From NCBI RefSeq assembly GCF_018977255.1, contig NW_024704742.1, forward strand, positions 24,120,001-24,184,000: 64,000 nt of DNA, in the 5' to 3' direction. The DNA is from Callorhinchus milii. Taxonomy: Eukaryota. The notes under the pieces are model-generated. The model saw only the letters and a list, made by a program, of their open reading frames with translations, was not told where the DNA came from and made no database searches. How positions within the stretch are numbered: the stretch's first letter is position 1; every line of letters begins with the position of its first letter. Below are positions 1 through 13,108 of this stretch, piece after piece. Both the position numbers and the translations under genes were made by a program.

Positions 1-328
1 TATCACATGCAAGAATTATTATTGTTGTTGCTATATGTTATATTTGGCAAACAGTTTCTACATGCAAAATATAACAAAAATGTGACCAAAAAGACAGTTT
101 CTGGAATGTAAAAAAAATCTACCTACAAATAATTTAGAAACTTACTAAAAAAAAATCACTATTTTATCCAGGAACACGGTAAGCTACAGGACAAGCAAGT
201 GTGACAGTTGGGAGACAAAGAAAACTAAAGGCAAGTAATCTGGGCACATGACAGAGGACACAAGCATGACAGATCTCATGTCTGAAAGGACAACTTTTTT
301 TCTTAAAAAGATTGTACAACAATACAAT

Positions 329-410
329 ACAAATTTTTGATAAACCATTTATTCTCCTCAAAGCCCAGTAGGCGGCTTTGAGGAGAATAAGTGGTTTATC
401 AAAAATTTGT
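329..410. repeat. Near-perfect inverted repeat (37-bp arms, 1 mismatch, 8-nt loop)
   Basis: acaaatttttgataaaccatttattctcctcaaagcc / ggctttgaggagaataagtggtttatcaaaaatttgt. Confidence 0.95.
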
Positions 411-1412
411 TTCAATGTTCTGTTACAGAAGTGATGTGCGTCATATTCTTAGAATCAATGAAATTATTGCAATGGTTAATGTCAGCAATATACCTTGAAT
501 TTTAACAGGTAGGGCATTCATTCTGTTGCAAGCTGAAAACACAAACTGGATAACAATTATAACAAGCACCCAATTGTCTTAAAAAGGCCATTGCTAATTT
601 TTTCTGCTACTGTTTCTCCTCTCCTCTTGAAAATGTTGCTCCTTTTTCCCCCTACCAGGTTGCAATTCACAGACACCAAGTGCGTTTTAGCACCTCACTC
701 AGGTGACCATTAGTTATGCCTGAGTTGTCATGCACGTACAGTAACTTTAAATTTGGTGCATAATTCAAATCATTTTAACCCTGGCTAGTGAACTTCAATT
801 ACATTTTCTACTTTAAGATTAAGTTTACCAATATGAATTCAATCTTTCACAGCCATCTTCACACTCCTACCATGTTATTTCCGGTTACTGCTTCATGTTA
901 CTGGATACTTGTCTAACAATTAGAGCAATACAAAAGTCCATAACGTGGCTATTCATTGAACTCGAGATAATCAGCCATTAGCATTACATTAGGTTCCTCA
1001 TTTACAGCCAAGCACTCTCAAACACCCCAGTGAAGTCAGATTATGAAACGCAGAATCTCAACTTTACTATCTATGTTACATGCAATAATCTGTCCAATTC
1101 TTTCACTGTAAACTACAATATGGAGCCTAACAATTTATGAATCCAAGTCATTGCAAGGACAAGCAGGACATTTGAAAGCTGGTTTTCTAATAAAACCACC
1201 TATCCAAAATTGTTCCAGAAAAAAAACATGTAGAAAAATGTGTAATTGAAATGCACACAAATCACATGGGAAGGTCCAGTGAATTTGTATTTCTTGTTCA
1301 GTACTGAACAATCATTTTACCAGGCTACTTTTTTTTTGTAAATCAAATTCAAATGCAACTACACACCTGACAAGAGTCTGGGTATGGTATTTGAATATGC
1401 TTGAGATTTACA

Positions 1413-1590
1413 TAATAATCCTTGCATTTGAGCATATACTGTAAAGTGTAGTGTCTATTTTGTAGGCGAAACGCAGCAGCCAATTGCGCACAGCAGTGTC
1501 CCACAAACAGCTGTGGATTGAGTAACCAAATTATTATTTTTTTTTCAAGGGATTATTATCCCCTTGAAAAGCGATCTGTCAATCGACTAA
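1413..1590 (-). mobile_element. tRNA-derived SINE, 3' part (L2-type tail)
   Basis: Matches the family body ...cagtgtcccacaaacag... and tail aataatccttgcatttg. Confidence 0.8.
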
Positions 1591-2525
1591 AAGCCCTTCA
1601 GACACTCGAGCGCAGATGGCAGAAATCACAATACACCGCCAGCTGTGGCTCTTGCACCTCTGCACCTACCGCCTCTCCCTTGCACAGGCCAAAACTGACT
1701 TTTACTCCAAAGTCATCCTGGAGGCAAACAACAATCCAAAGACGCTGTTTTCCATCGTCCATTGCCTCCTCCGGTCACCCCCTCTGTTTCCATGTCAAGC
1801 GCCAAGTGCAAAGAGGCCCTAGACTTCTTCGCCTCAAAGACTGAAAATATCCACTTGGCTGCATCATCCTCCCTCTACCCCCACATTCCCTTCCACCCCA
1901 ACCAGACCACCCACACCACCTTCTCCCTCCGCCATGGCTCCTGCCACTCCCCACTCCTTGCACTCCTTTGCCCCATTTCTCTTTCCGCCCTCTCAATTAC
2001 AATCATCTGGATGAAATTCACCACCCGCTGCCTCACCCCCTCCCACACTCAACTGCTGGTCACTCAAATCCCCCTCCTCTAAACCCTGCTGGCTGACACG
2101 GTCAACGAGTCTCTCTCCTCAGGCTCTGATCCACTCCCCCTGAAAACTGGTGTTATCACACCCCTTCTCAAAAAACCCACTCTTGATCCCTCTAATCTCT
2201 CACACTATCGTCCCATTTCCAACCTACCCTTCCTTGCCAAAGTCCTGGAACACATTGTTGCAGGTCAACTTCGGTCACAGCTCTCCCTCCTCGAGCCCCT
2301 GCAGCCTGGTTTCACTCTGCCCACAGCACAGAGACAGCGTTTGACAAAGTCACAAACAACATTCTCTCCATCTGTGACCAGGGCTTCCTCTGCCTCCTTG
2401 ATCTCTCTGGCGCATTCGACATAATCGACCACGCCATCCTCCTCCACCAGCACTCCTCCCTCATCCACCTTAATGGGACCACACTCACATGGTTCGAGTT
2501 CTACTTAACCAACCGCCTCATTTCA
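1590..2525 (+). mobile_element. L2-clade LINE ORF2 fragment (RT N-terminal part)
   Basis: Degenerate NPKTLF, KTxVITPLLKKPTLDPSNLSHYRPISNLPFLAKVLEH and HSTET motifs. Confidence 0.85.
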
Positions 2526-3249
2526 TCTCGACAAAATCAGAATTTCTGTTGCAATTATACTATTTGTGAGCGTAAAGATTAAAGTTTAAACAAGAAATTG
2601 AAGGTGAAAAAAAAATCGTAGGTTTATATGAAACCTTGAGGGAAAAATGCCAAAATACAATTTCAAACATGCACAATTTTTACCAAAATTTGTTTGGAAT
2701 ACACATGGAAGTGTATCTTTTTCCTTAACCCCAAATACATAGTTCACAGTCGAGTCACAAGGTTACTTGTATACATCACATCGGAGGAGTGTTGCACCAG
2801 CTTTTTAAAGTAAGATAGTGCTCTAAACCCTTGTGAAACAATTTACTGTTTGTTGTAGACGACTTATATAAGACTTCCAGGTGCAACTTAAAACTGATTT
2901 TGAAGAGAACAGTCCTGTACAGTGGGTAAGGGCTAATGCTTTCAACTCTGGTCCTACCTTTGCTATAATTTTACTTCTGCTATGTATATAGTTTCTGTAC
3001 TTTGTACTTTATCCAGTTCTATTTTAAATGTTGTATTTCCCCACAGCTCAGTTATTCCCTAATTTTTATCTCTTCTGTACAGAGTCATTTTTCATTCTTA
3101 TGCGATTTGCGTTTTAACAGTTCAATGGCTTGATCCTTTTACTCCTTTACTCTATCCATTTTGACAGTGAACCCAATCATATTATGAAAAACATTTCCTG
3201 AATGTTTCCTTCCTTTATGTTGTTCTGGATCTATGCTCTGGTCTTCTGT

Positions 3250-3600
3250 GCTTTCCTGCATTCTCACAACACTTTGTAGAAAGTCTTCTCATATCACTTT
3301 GAATCATAATATCTTGATTTGAATCCCACTAATTTCTCCTCATCATTTTAAACCCCAATCTGATCAGCCCTTAACCCTCTCATCTTTAAGAACTATAGGA
3401 TTACCAAGTTCTCATCAAAGCTAAGCTTCTTCATACAAGATGCTGCATTAATCCAATGAATTGCCAGTGAACACACTCAAAGCCACTGTATCCTTCCTAA
3501 GAATAGGTGCCCAAAACTGAACAACCCAAATGGTACTCTTGTTACAACTGTTGCTGCGCTTCCTTGCTTTTAAATTCTAGACCCCTTGTTATAACTCTTC
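3250..3600 (-). mobile_element. Old CR1 LINE 3' ORF2 fragment
   Basis: Reverse strand reads like LEY.VQFW.P..RKD and GDLI.V.K.M motifs, heavily decayed. Confidence 0.5.
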
Positions 3601-6477
3601 CTCAGTTCAAAACAAGTTTTTTTAAGCATTTTAAACATTAATAAATATTGTAGTGCAATTTAAGTCTATTTAGAAACCATGAGGAATTTTACTCCAATAC
3701 TTGTTTGCAAAACAAGCCATCGCCTTTCTCTCTTGACCTATTTGGAATACTTTAATTCAATTAATCTACAAACTACTGTTCTGTTTTCCCCCCATTTACG
3801 ATGACAGAGTGGCTCTGTGAACTGGCCTTGGTTTGGACACCACACCCAGAACAGCAATTACAAGGGCAAATACATCAACGTGACATTCAGTATGAAAGTA
3901 CAGCAGCTATAGTTGGTAGGATTCATCCCAGCCTACCTGCAACTTTCTCCAATTTTAATATAAATTTGCTTTATACTGCACAGTCCTTATCACAAGCAAT
4001 ACTTATTTGATAAAAATCAGTGATAATCAGCCAAGGTTTACTAATGGTACCCCCCAAACCCATTTGTGTCGAACATCTAAAAACAAAATCCATCTTATGA
4101 GTATCAATATAGCTTGAAAGTCAACTCATGACTTATTGTCCAAAAGACTGCAAGCTTTACAACCTCACTTTCAAAATGTATTAGTAATATATTAGTGTAG
4201 CAAAAAAAATCTGGCAGCCTTTGATCATTCATAAACAGTATGTGGTCTCAATTGTTTTGAGCTTATTGCAAACCCTGAAACAGTGCCAGGCATTTCATGT
4301 ATATAAATCACAATGACTATACTGTATGATTGGCATCAGATAAACCATTGTTCAAAAAACTGGTTTCAAAAATTAAAACCCTGCCAATGGATTAATTATT
4401 AATTTAAACCTAATTAGACATTTTGTATTTTAACGAATGTCCCTTCGTGTGTTTTACATTTCTAGTTTTATATGGATCACGCAGAACAAAATGATTTAAA
4501 CTTCCTCTGATGCTTCAGTCATAAATGCAGTGTGTGATCCTGCACTATAGAAACCAAAAAGGATTCACGTTCAATCCTTTGTGCTCTCTGACGTCACCCA
4601 AGGCAGCAGTGTAAGTGTTGCAAGTGGCCTCAGCATCCCTCAGGTAGGAAGAAATAAACATTTATTTTTAAATGCTTCCCGGAGACTCCTGTCAGACAAA
4701 AAATATATGCAAATGCGATAAGCACACTCTCATGCTCAGTTGCAGTGCCCCTTTCCTCCCTGAAGTTAAGTAGCTTGCTGACATTAGCTACTTAAATCTA
4801 GTCTTAAAACATGAAGGATTGCAACTTGGGTCTGATCCAGAAGGTTGACGAATTCCACCTAATTGAAGCCAATTTCAGTCACGTTCACATTGCTGCTCCA
4901 AGATCTGCTACCTGAGCACAGACAAGGGATAAAAGCTGGAAACTTCCTTGACTGCGAGGCCCTCTAAAACTGCCTTCAATAACTAAATTACTGAGAAGCC
5001 CAAAGTTACATTTCTCCAATGTAGTAAAATCAATCAGAGAAATTCATTAAAAGCAAACTTTCAATAGTACTTTATGAACAGTTAAATGATTCTATTATAT
5101 TAATTTCAAAACTTGGCTGAGACACTTTAGCAATTCCAGCATTACAGTTGTCCATTTCAGATTGTTGACATTTTAAACAAGTAAACTATATACATTATAT
5201 ATATATAGAACGATAAGCATATATACATAGGATATATACCCCTAATTATAAGAAAGAAAATGTAGTTATTTCTTATGTGTAAAGTCTCCATCACCAGGCC
5301 TGGATATCAAGGGTTGGTTTGTTATTCCACTTTGGGGTCATCGCAGGCTACATCAGAAATCCCTAACATGCCCATCTTCTAACCGGGTTCTCTTGAAGGA
5401 AATCATGAGACCAATTGTAGCAATCTAACTGCTGGAGCCGGTAGCGCAGCACACACCGAGATTTATCTAGTTTACAATTCAATAAGAAGCAGGGAAAATT
5501 ATAAAGAACCACACTAAATTAAGTGGCAATCCTTACTGTAAGGAAATTATATGGGAGGACAAAAAAGCAAAACTATCAGCTGCATCAAGCACAATTGTTA
5601 CAGGCTATTGAAAAATCCGTAGACCAGAACATTTCCCACTTGCAATAGATAATATTATGGTGGTGGAACAAAACAAAAAAGCATGACAAGGAAAAAAAAA
5701 GATTTGCAACAGACAATGTTCTCCTTTCATCCCCCCCCCCTCTCTCTCTCTCATGCCAAATATCACCAGCATCTTAATCACATAAAAAGGCATGGACAAT
5801 TAAACCTTAATTCCTCCAGTTGTCAGTACAATGAATATATGGGTCTTTGAGGACGAAAGATTATAAATTCAGAGCTCGTACTGCAAGCACACCTCCTGTC
5901 AGCCAATCATGACGTAATGTTCATAGCAGTCATGGAAAAGCCCAGAGCAAACATCCAGTCCTCCGAGCTATCAAGCTGTAAGGCTCTAAGCACCTCCTCC
6001 AGGGAGGAATAAAGGGGATAAAAATAGAATCTCAGATCGTGATGCAAATAGTGCATTGGTGTTCATTCTATTTTCACAGGATTCAACTCCCTGCAAATTT
6101 AGTGCATTTTTGTTCACTCAACTGGAGTCAGTTCCCCACATTGATATCAGAACACTGTTCAATGTTTCCACTCCATAGATTTTCTTATGAATTAACACTT
6201 ATTGAGAATATGAAATTTCACCGAGGAATAAACCATAAGCACTCAACTGTCAAATTTTATTCCACAATTTTTTTTCCAATGTCAAGCACTGTCTGCACAG
6301 CTTCCGAATTTCATATGGTTCAAAATAGTAAAGTTACGGAACGGTGAAACCTAACCCAAATATTTATGAGAACCACGGATTCAGAGATAGTTTCTCACCC
6401 TCATACTTCTTTCCTCCCTTAGGATTATAATAGCATTCATACAGAGGCACAGGACACATTTATCAGGGTTCAATAAA

Positions 6478-6847
6478 ATAATAATCCTTGCATTTGATAT
6501 AATAATCCTTGCGCTTATCATATCATTGAGACGTCCCAAAGCACTTCACAGAATATACTGTAAAGGGCATTGACTATGTTTTGTGGACGAAACCCGGCAA
6601 TCAATTGCACACAGCAATGTCAGTCGTGGAATGAGTGACCAAATTATTATTATTTATTTTGAAGGGATTATTATCCCCGGAAAAGTGATCCACCAATCGA
6701 CTAACAATGGGGCTCCCACTTACTGCTAGGTAAACAGAGGCTTGTAGAGTAAGGAAACTTACCTCAACTCAGGCTTTGCCCTGCCCAGGAATCAAACCCG
6801 GGTCCTCCCGCTTGCTAGGCGAGTGCTCAAACCACTGCAGGATTCCA
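6478..6847 (-). mobile_element. Full-length tRNA-derived SINE (long variant)
   Basis: A/B-box-like head at about 6775-6845, family body, L2-type tail. Confidence 0.85.
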
Positions 6848-8636
6848 ACCATAATGATAGCCCCAGCTCTCCAAAACAGGCAAGACTATTTCAGAACAGT
6901 TGTTCATAATAATTTAAGATCACCATTGTTTGAAACACAAAACAATCAGATGTGTTTGCACAATAGGTCACAATTTAGGTGAATCCATGATTTCAGGTGA
7001 TTAAACCAATGAACAAGTGATGATTTCCTAGTAACTGTCCTAGAGACCAGTGTGTTTTGGAAGATTTTCACTTCTCTATGTTGAAAGGATCCAAGTTTCC
7101 ACAAAACAGATTTTACAGCAAAGAACATAAGAGGCTAAACCTGTATAGAAATTAACCTGCCAGTTGCAGTATTACCAACACAGTTTGAAACAGATATAGA
7201 TCCAATTAAGGCTTAAATTAAGGGCTTTTAAAAAAATTCTGCAAATATATTTTGAATTACAGAAAATCCACTCTGAACATTAAAGGGATAGTATGCATTT
7301 CAAAAAGGAAAGTCAAAAAGGTTAACAAGTTTGGTTGAGTGAGTTTTAGAACTAGGAATTTAAATTAAGTCAGTAAATAAGGGAGTATGCAACAGATCTT
7401 TAGAACCTTAACTTCTGCCTTCTGATACGATGGGTACAGCTACATTTTACAAGGAAAATCTCATTAATTTAAAGAAGCAGTTATTTTTGCTCGAATCATT
7501 AATACCCTTTTTTAATCTGCCAAAAATTGTAATTTAAAAATATAAAAAAGGAACAACATTCCTGAACAATCAACCACTAGAGGATACGTTTCAAAACAAG
7601 TGTGAAGGGATTACGAGATTAAACTCAAAGAAAGGAGCATTATTCACATACTGTGAGCACATTCATGAAGATAATGATAGGCTTCGGACATCAACTGTAG
7701 GTTATATGTGAATAGGGTTTGAGTTTAAGTATTGAATTTGGATTACTTCTGGCGATTCAACTGGTTTAACCCAAGAAAATTAACAAAATGGGATTAAGAA
7801 AATAGGAAATAGTTTATGGTTACAGAATTCCTTTGGAAACAATACAACTCAAAATGATGGAAGGCGAAAGTCCCACTTAAAACAAATAAATCTATCCACT
7901 TCTGCCCGTAAAATGCTCCCTCTTTACTTTACCAGGCCTAACAGAAATAAAATTAAGAATAGGTCATCTTCAAGTTTCCACAAAGACAAATATCACACAC
8001 CAAAGAGGTAGTCAGAGAAGGGAAAAAAGTGACAGGCCACTAAGCAAAAGAATCAGAATATTTTTAATGTAAAAAACATTGAAGCTGGCGAGAATGCAAA
8101 ATCTGCAAACAGATAAATTGCTTTGTTTTTCAGCTCAACAAAGCTAGAAAGTCATTTGATATTCGCCAGCCAGTAAATGGAATTTTCTGACATGCAAGAG
8201 ATTTGAAGTTTCACTCTGATCGAGTGAGGAAGGCAAACACCTCAGTTAGAATTCAGCACTTCTGTTATTTAATCTATGAAAAAATGACTTAACTTAGGCT
8301 GCAATAAAATAGAAAAACGGTAGATTTGTATTCGAATTTCATAAACAACCATTAGGTTAAGGCCTATGTAGGCGATTGGAGAAAATGTACAAATGCATAG
8401 GATTGGTTTGTTACCTTTCTCTCATCTGTTTTGTCAGTCCACCCAAAACACCTTAAACCCAAAATGTATCTTGCTTCTTCCAGAAATATGTGCAAATTGC
8501 AACTTGTGATTTGAATTTCAGTACCATGTCCTCCTCAGCGGACTGTTCAAGGTCACACTGGCTGAGTTCATTCACAGAAAAACTTCAGTCAATGAGTTCA
8601 GACTTCAGAAAGGCAAAATTATTCATCACATTGATG

Positions 8637-8857
8637 TAATAATAATAGTTGCATTTGATATAGCACCTTATCACATCTTCGAGACTCAAAGCGCTTCACA
8701 GAACACACTGTAAAGTGAATTGACTGTATATTTTGTGGGCAAAAAGCACAGCCAATTGCAAAATGTGGCAGCCAATTGTGTACAGCAGTGTCCCACAAAC
8801 AGTAGTGGATTGAAGTGACCAATTTATTATTATTATTTTTTTGAAGGAATTATTAAG
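8637..8857 (-). mobile_element. tRNA-SINE 3' part
   Basis: Family body and tail. Confidence 0.8.
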
Positions 8858-8879
8858 CAGTAGAGTGGGTACATGAAGA

Positions 8880-9172
8880 TCAGATCAGAGAGACAGGGAG
8901 GTGTTAGGGAGTGAAGGAATTAATACACGAGTCACTCGGTTGAGGAGCAGGGAACCGGTGCGGCCTGTCCAGGATTAGTTTGTTGGGCATGCAGAGTTCG
9001 CTTGCTACAGAGGGTGCCGGTAGCATAGGTTTGGATTCGCTGGATCTTGAGGATTGTGGAATTGGGTAGATCAGAAGAGTACCCACTGAAAAAGTCAAGG
9101 CAGGGGGCAACAAAAGCGTGGCTAAGGATTTCAACAGCAATTGGTGTGCGGTGTGTGCAAAACAGGTGAAGA
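8880..9172 (-). mobile_element. L2 LINE fragment
   Basis: AVEILSHAFV..CLD....LPNSTILKIQRIQ, the L2 ORF2 C-terminal motif. Confidence 0.7.
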
Positions 9173-9174
9173 TA

Positions 9175-9550
9175 ACAATAATAACCCTTGCATTTAATAT
9201 AGTGCCTTATCAGGTCTTCGAGACGTCTCAAAGCATTTCACAGAATATATTGTAAAGTGAAATACCTGTATATTTTGTGGGTGAAACGTGGCAGCCAATT
9301 GACCACAGCAGTCTTCCACAAACAGTCGTGGATTGAGTGACCAACTCACTATTATTATTTTTTTGAAGGAATTATTACACCCAGAAAAGTGAACCACCAA
9401 TCAACTAACCACCGGGTTCCTACTTACTGCTAAGGCAAACAGAAGCGTGTGGAGTAAGGAAACTTGCCCAACATTTTGCCTTGCTGGGAATCGAACCCAG
9501 GTCTCTCGCTTGCGAGGCAAGTGCTCCAACCACTGAGCTACAGGACTCCA
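9175..9550 (-). mobile_element. Full-length tRNA-derived SINE (long variant)
   Basis: Head GGAGTCCTGTAGCTCAGTGGTTGGAGC...GGGTTCGATTCCC, body and tail. Confidence 0.9.
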
Positions 9551-10074
9551 AGGACCTTGCCATTGTGCTACAGGATCTTGCCATAGATATAGATCCATAA
9601 TGGCAATCCAGGTAGCAATTTCAGACAACTTCCTCCATTTAAATTTGCCTGCATTGAAGTTTGGCTCTGGATAAAGCAGATAATTACAAAATGACAGTGG
9701 ATCTTTGGTCTTCAGGATGTGATTTCACAGATATCTGGCAACTTTTCAGTGGAAATCCTGAGAGGAAATAAGTTGTTTCTATGTTCAAGAGGAAAGAAAG
9801 TATTAGGCAAGTTGCATCTCTCACTTAAACAGCTTCAGAAATCCCTACAACACTTATGGTAATGGAAATGCTCCTCAGTGCAGAATGTGTACACATATAT
9901 AGGATTTGACCAAAAAGGGGCGATTTCTTCCCCCATCCCCAATAGGTCTAACTTTATCAGACCATGAATTAGGAATAAGTCAGTTTCATATTCCAACAAA
10001 GACAAATGTCACACACCAAATTCAGTAGGTATGGAGTTGAGTGAAATCGGGATCGATTGTTGCCTACAAAATAA

Positions 10075-10305
10075 ACTTGGGAAGTTTTCTTACTCTACAC
10101 GCTTGATAATAATCCCTCAAGAAAAAAAAAACAATTTGGTCACTCAATCCACGACTGTTTGTGGGGCAATGCTGTGCGCAATTGGCTGCCGTGTTTCGCC
10201 CACAAATATACAATTCACTTGACAGTATATTCTGTGAAGCGCTTTGAGACGTCTAGAAGATATGAAAAGCCCTATATCAAATGCAAGGATTATTATTATT
10301 ATTAC
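10075..10305 (+). mobile_element. tRNA-SINE, 5'-truncated (short variant)
   Basis: Family body and aaatgcaaggattattatt tail. Confidence 0.85.
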
Positions 10306-10879
10306 TACATATAATTGAAATAATAATGCAGGTGGTAATGGAAATGTTTGAAAAAAGTCTTTTTGGAAGTTCTCATCCAACCATCACAAAGCAATATTGG
10401 AGTAAAGCAGATTCCTTAATTTTTGTTGCTAAATTCAATGGTCGACTTGAAGACTAGAATCTAATCCTTTCATACACAAGATAATTTTTTTCACCCCAAG
10501 TCTTGATTTGTTGAATTAATTATGTAGCATACTTTGAGATATGGTTGCCAAATTATTAGGTCCAAATAGGAAATCATTAATTAAAAAAAAAATAATTTGA
10601 AGTATTTTGATGCATTAACTTGCTGGGGAGCCCATTTAGTGCTGCAAGTTTATCACAAAGAAGCTTCCTCTGTGAAAGGCAAACAAATCACATGAAATAC
10701 CAAATCAACAGGGAAATTATATAAAACAAGATTAAAAAAGGGCTCATTTTTTTTCAAAAATAGAGACACTTAATATTCAATGTTTAGATGCATTTCCTTG
10801 ATGGTATGAAATTCTATAGTGAGTTATAACACAAAACTCCAAAATTGGTGCAAGGAGAGTGATCTAACCACAAAGCTAC

Positions 10880-11260
10880 AGGACTCCACAGGTAGGCTGT
10901 CTTGATCAGGGACTAAAGGTGAGAAAGGAAAGAGAACTAAGGATTGAACTGGATGCCAAGCTTCCACAATGATTCAGTGAGCTTGAGAGAGGCCACGGAG
11001 GTTGACGAGGTCAGACCTGGAAATGAGGAGCCGTTGGCAGGGGCCAATACGAATGAATCCCTTTTGCCTATGTTATAGTGAAATAAGTTGATGCTCATTT
11101 AGGCCTTGACATCTGACAGGTAGACAGGTTGACAACCAGGACAACAAGTAAAGAAGTATATTTTGGTGTCATCTGCAATCAAGCGGAATTTAACGCATTG
11201 TCTGTGAATCAAGTCACCAAGAGGAAGAGAATACATTTAAGCAGACCTGATTCGAAACCC
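10880..11260 (-). mobile_element. Old L2 LINE RT fragment
   Basis: Reverse strand gives ADDT..., DVKA.MS.N.FH.NI.K motifs. Confidence 0.55.
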
Positions 11261-12052
11261 CTGTAGCCTCATTGTCATCTGCAAAATTAGTTTTTCCAGT
11301 CCCTGGTTAGTTGTTTTGCTTCCAAGTTATACTTTTTCTTTTTTAAGTAAGTTGGAGGTTACTTCAATAAGAACTTTCCACTGGAGTAAGCCGGCTAAGC
11401 AAATTCTTGGCTAAATTTTGATACCAGCAAAATCTATTAACATGCTCATGATATAATCAGTCATGATGCTATATATTCAAGTCTAGCTAAAAATAATCTT
11501 AATTTTTTTAAAAAGCTTATTGCAATTTCATCAAAAGTTCCTGAGTCAAAATGGTGAATGTTTAGCTTTTGATTTATTTTAAACATCAACTCTCTCACTT
11601 CCAGAAACTCACAGGACAATCAAAGAAAATTCTTGCAAGTTTCAGCAAAATATGCAACCAACCTATAAATCTTTCCTTTCTCACCTCCTAAACAGAATTG
11701 CCATACAAGTACTGCATTAGATTAGAACATCATGTCACCGAGATCAGCCATGATCTAATAGAAAAGTGGAACAGGCTCGAGGGGCTGAATGCACTTCTCA
11801 CGTTCCCATCACCAGTTCCTGGCTCACCACTGACAATTCAAACACGACACCTTCCAGGACAAACAAAACTGTACGGTTCAATTACACATCCAGCAGCATA
11901 CTCCTCAACGAGCAGCCAATTTATTTTATATTCACTTCCCCGATATCTCACTCAGTAGATGCTTTCACTCATACATACCAGTCAGGTTCCCAGTCCAATT
12001 CCAATTCTCTTCCAAGTTAATCAATTTCAGCAAGATGGGAAAGCATTCCAAA

Positions 12053-12290
12053 TTGGAGTCCCATAATGTAGTGGTTAGCATGCTCGCCTCGCAAGCAAGA
12101 GGACCCAGGTTCAATTCCCAGATGGGACGAAATGTTAAGTAAGTTTCCTTACTCTGTTTACGTAACAGTGGTTGTTAGTCGATTGACAGATTACTATCTG
12201 GGGATAATAATCCCTTCAAAAAACAAGTACTTTGAGACGTTTCAACAACGTGATAAGGCGCTATATCAAATATAAGCATTATTATTATAT
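12053..12290 (+). mobile_element. tRNA-SINE with internal deletions
   Basis: A box tagtggttag, B box ggttcaattcc, tail. Confidence 0.8.
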
Positions 12291-13019
12291 AATTAAAAGG
12301 GTGAACACAAGAGTTGCCACACTTGATCATAAATGAAGTGTGTTCTGTTAGAAATGCACCTGTGAACATCAGACAAAGACATCAAGCTTGACATGTGATA
12401 CCATCAAAAATGGTCTGTTAACACGTCTAAACGAGCACTTAAGCAACGTAGAAACATCTGCACTTTGGAATCACACCCCAGCATGAAACTACCTTTCGGA
12501 AAAAATAAAAACAAGTCAACACATCAAAAGATTGCTACTGACAGCAACTCTAACAAAGACTTGAGACATTCGTAAAACCAAGTTAATGTAACTGCTTCAA
12601 CAACCTACAAACACATCTTAATCCAACGAGAAAAAGTCACTTCCCCCACTCAACACTATATTACTTTGCTACCCTCTCACAGAGAGCAAAGCTAGTCACA
12701 TGTTAGCACACAATTTAGTTTGTATTACTTACAATCCTCATTCACCAACAAATAGTCACTACGCTTTATAGTGCATATCAAATGTAAGAATTATTATTAT
12801 ATACTGTACATGAAAAAAAAATCAGGGAAGCTATCTGATTATATAGGCAGCACATAATTCACCTGCCACTAGGTTGCAAAGAGCCTGCAAATCGTAGAAA
12901 ACTGCTGACAAGCAAAGTACAATCGTGCACGCCTTCTGGGGGAACTAGTTACTTTTCTAGAAATGCACAAAAAGGAATTTAGATTTCTCTGCTCATTACC
13001 AACCAAAGATCCAGTTTAC

Positions 13020-13108
13020 CACTTGCTGGTACTCCCTGTAATGACATGAAAAATCCCAACCATGTCCATGAGCAAACCAACCTTGATTTCTCCCACTGCA
13101 GAAACTAC
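13020..13108 (-). other. Candidate cassette non-coding exon (89 nt)
   Basis: ttgtttttattttttccaaaag acceptor and GTG|gtaaac donor in unique sequence. Confidence 0.3.
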
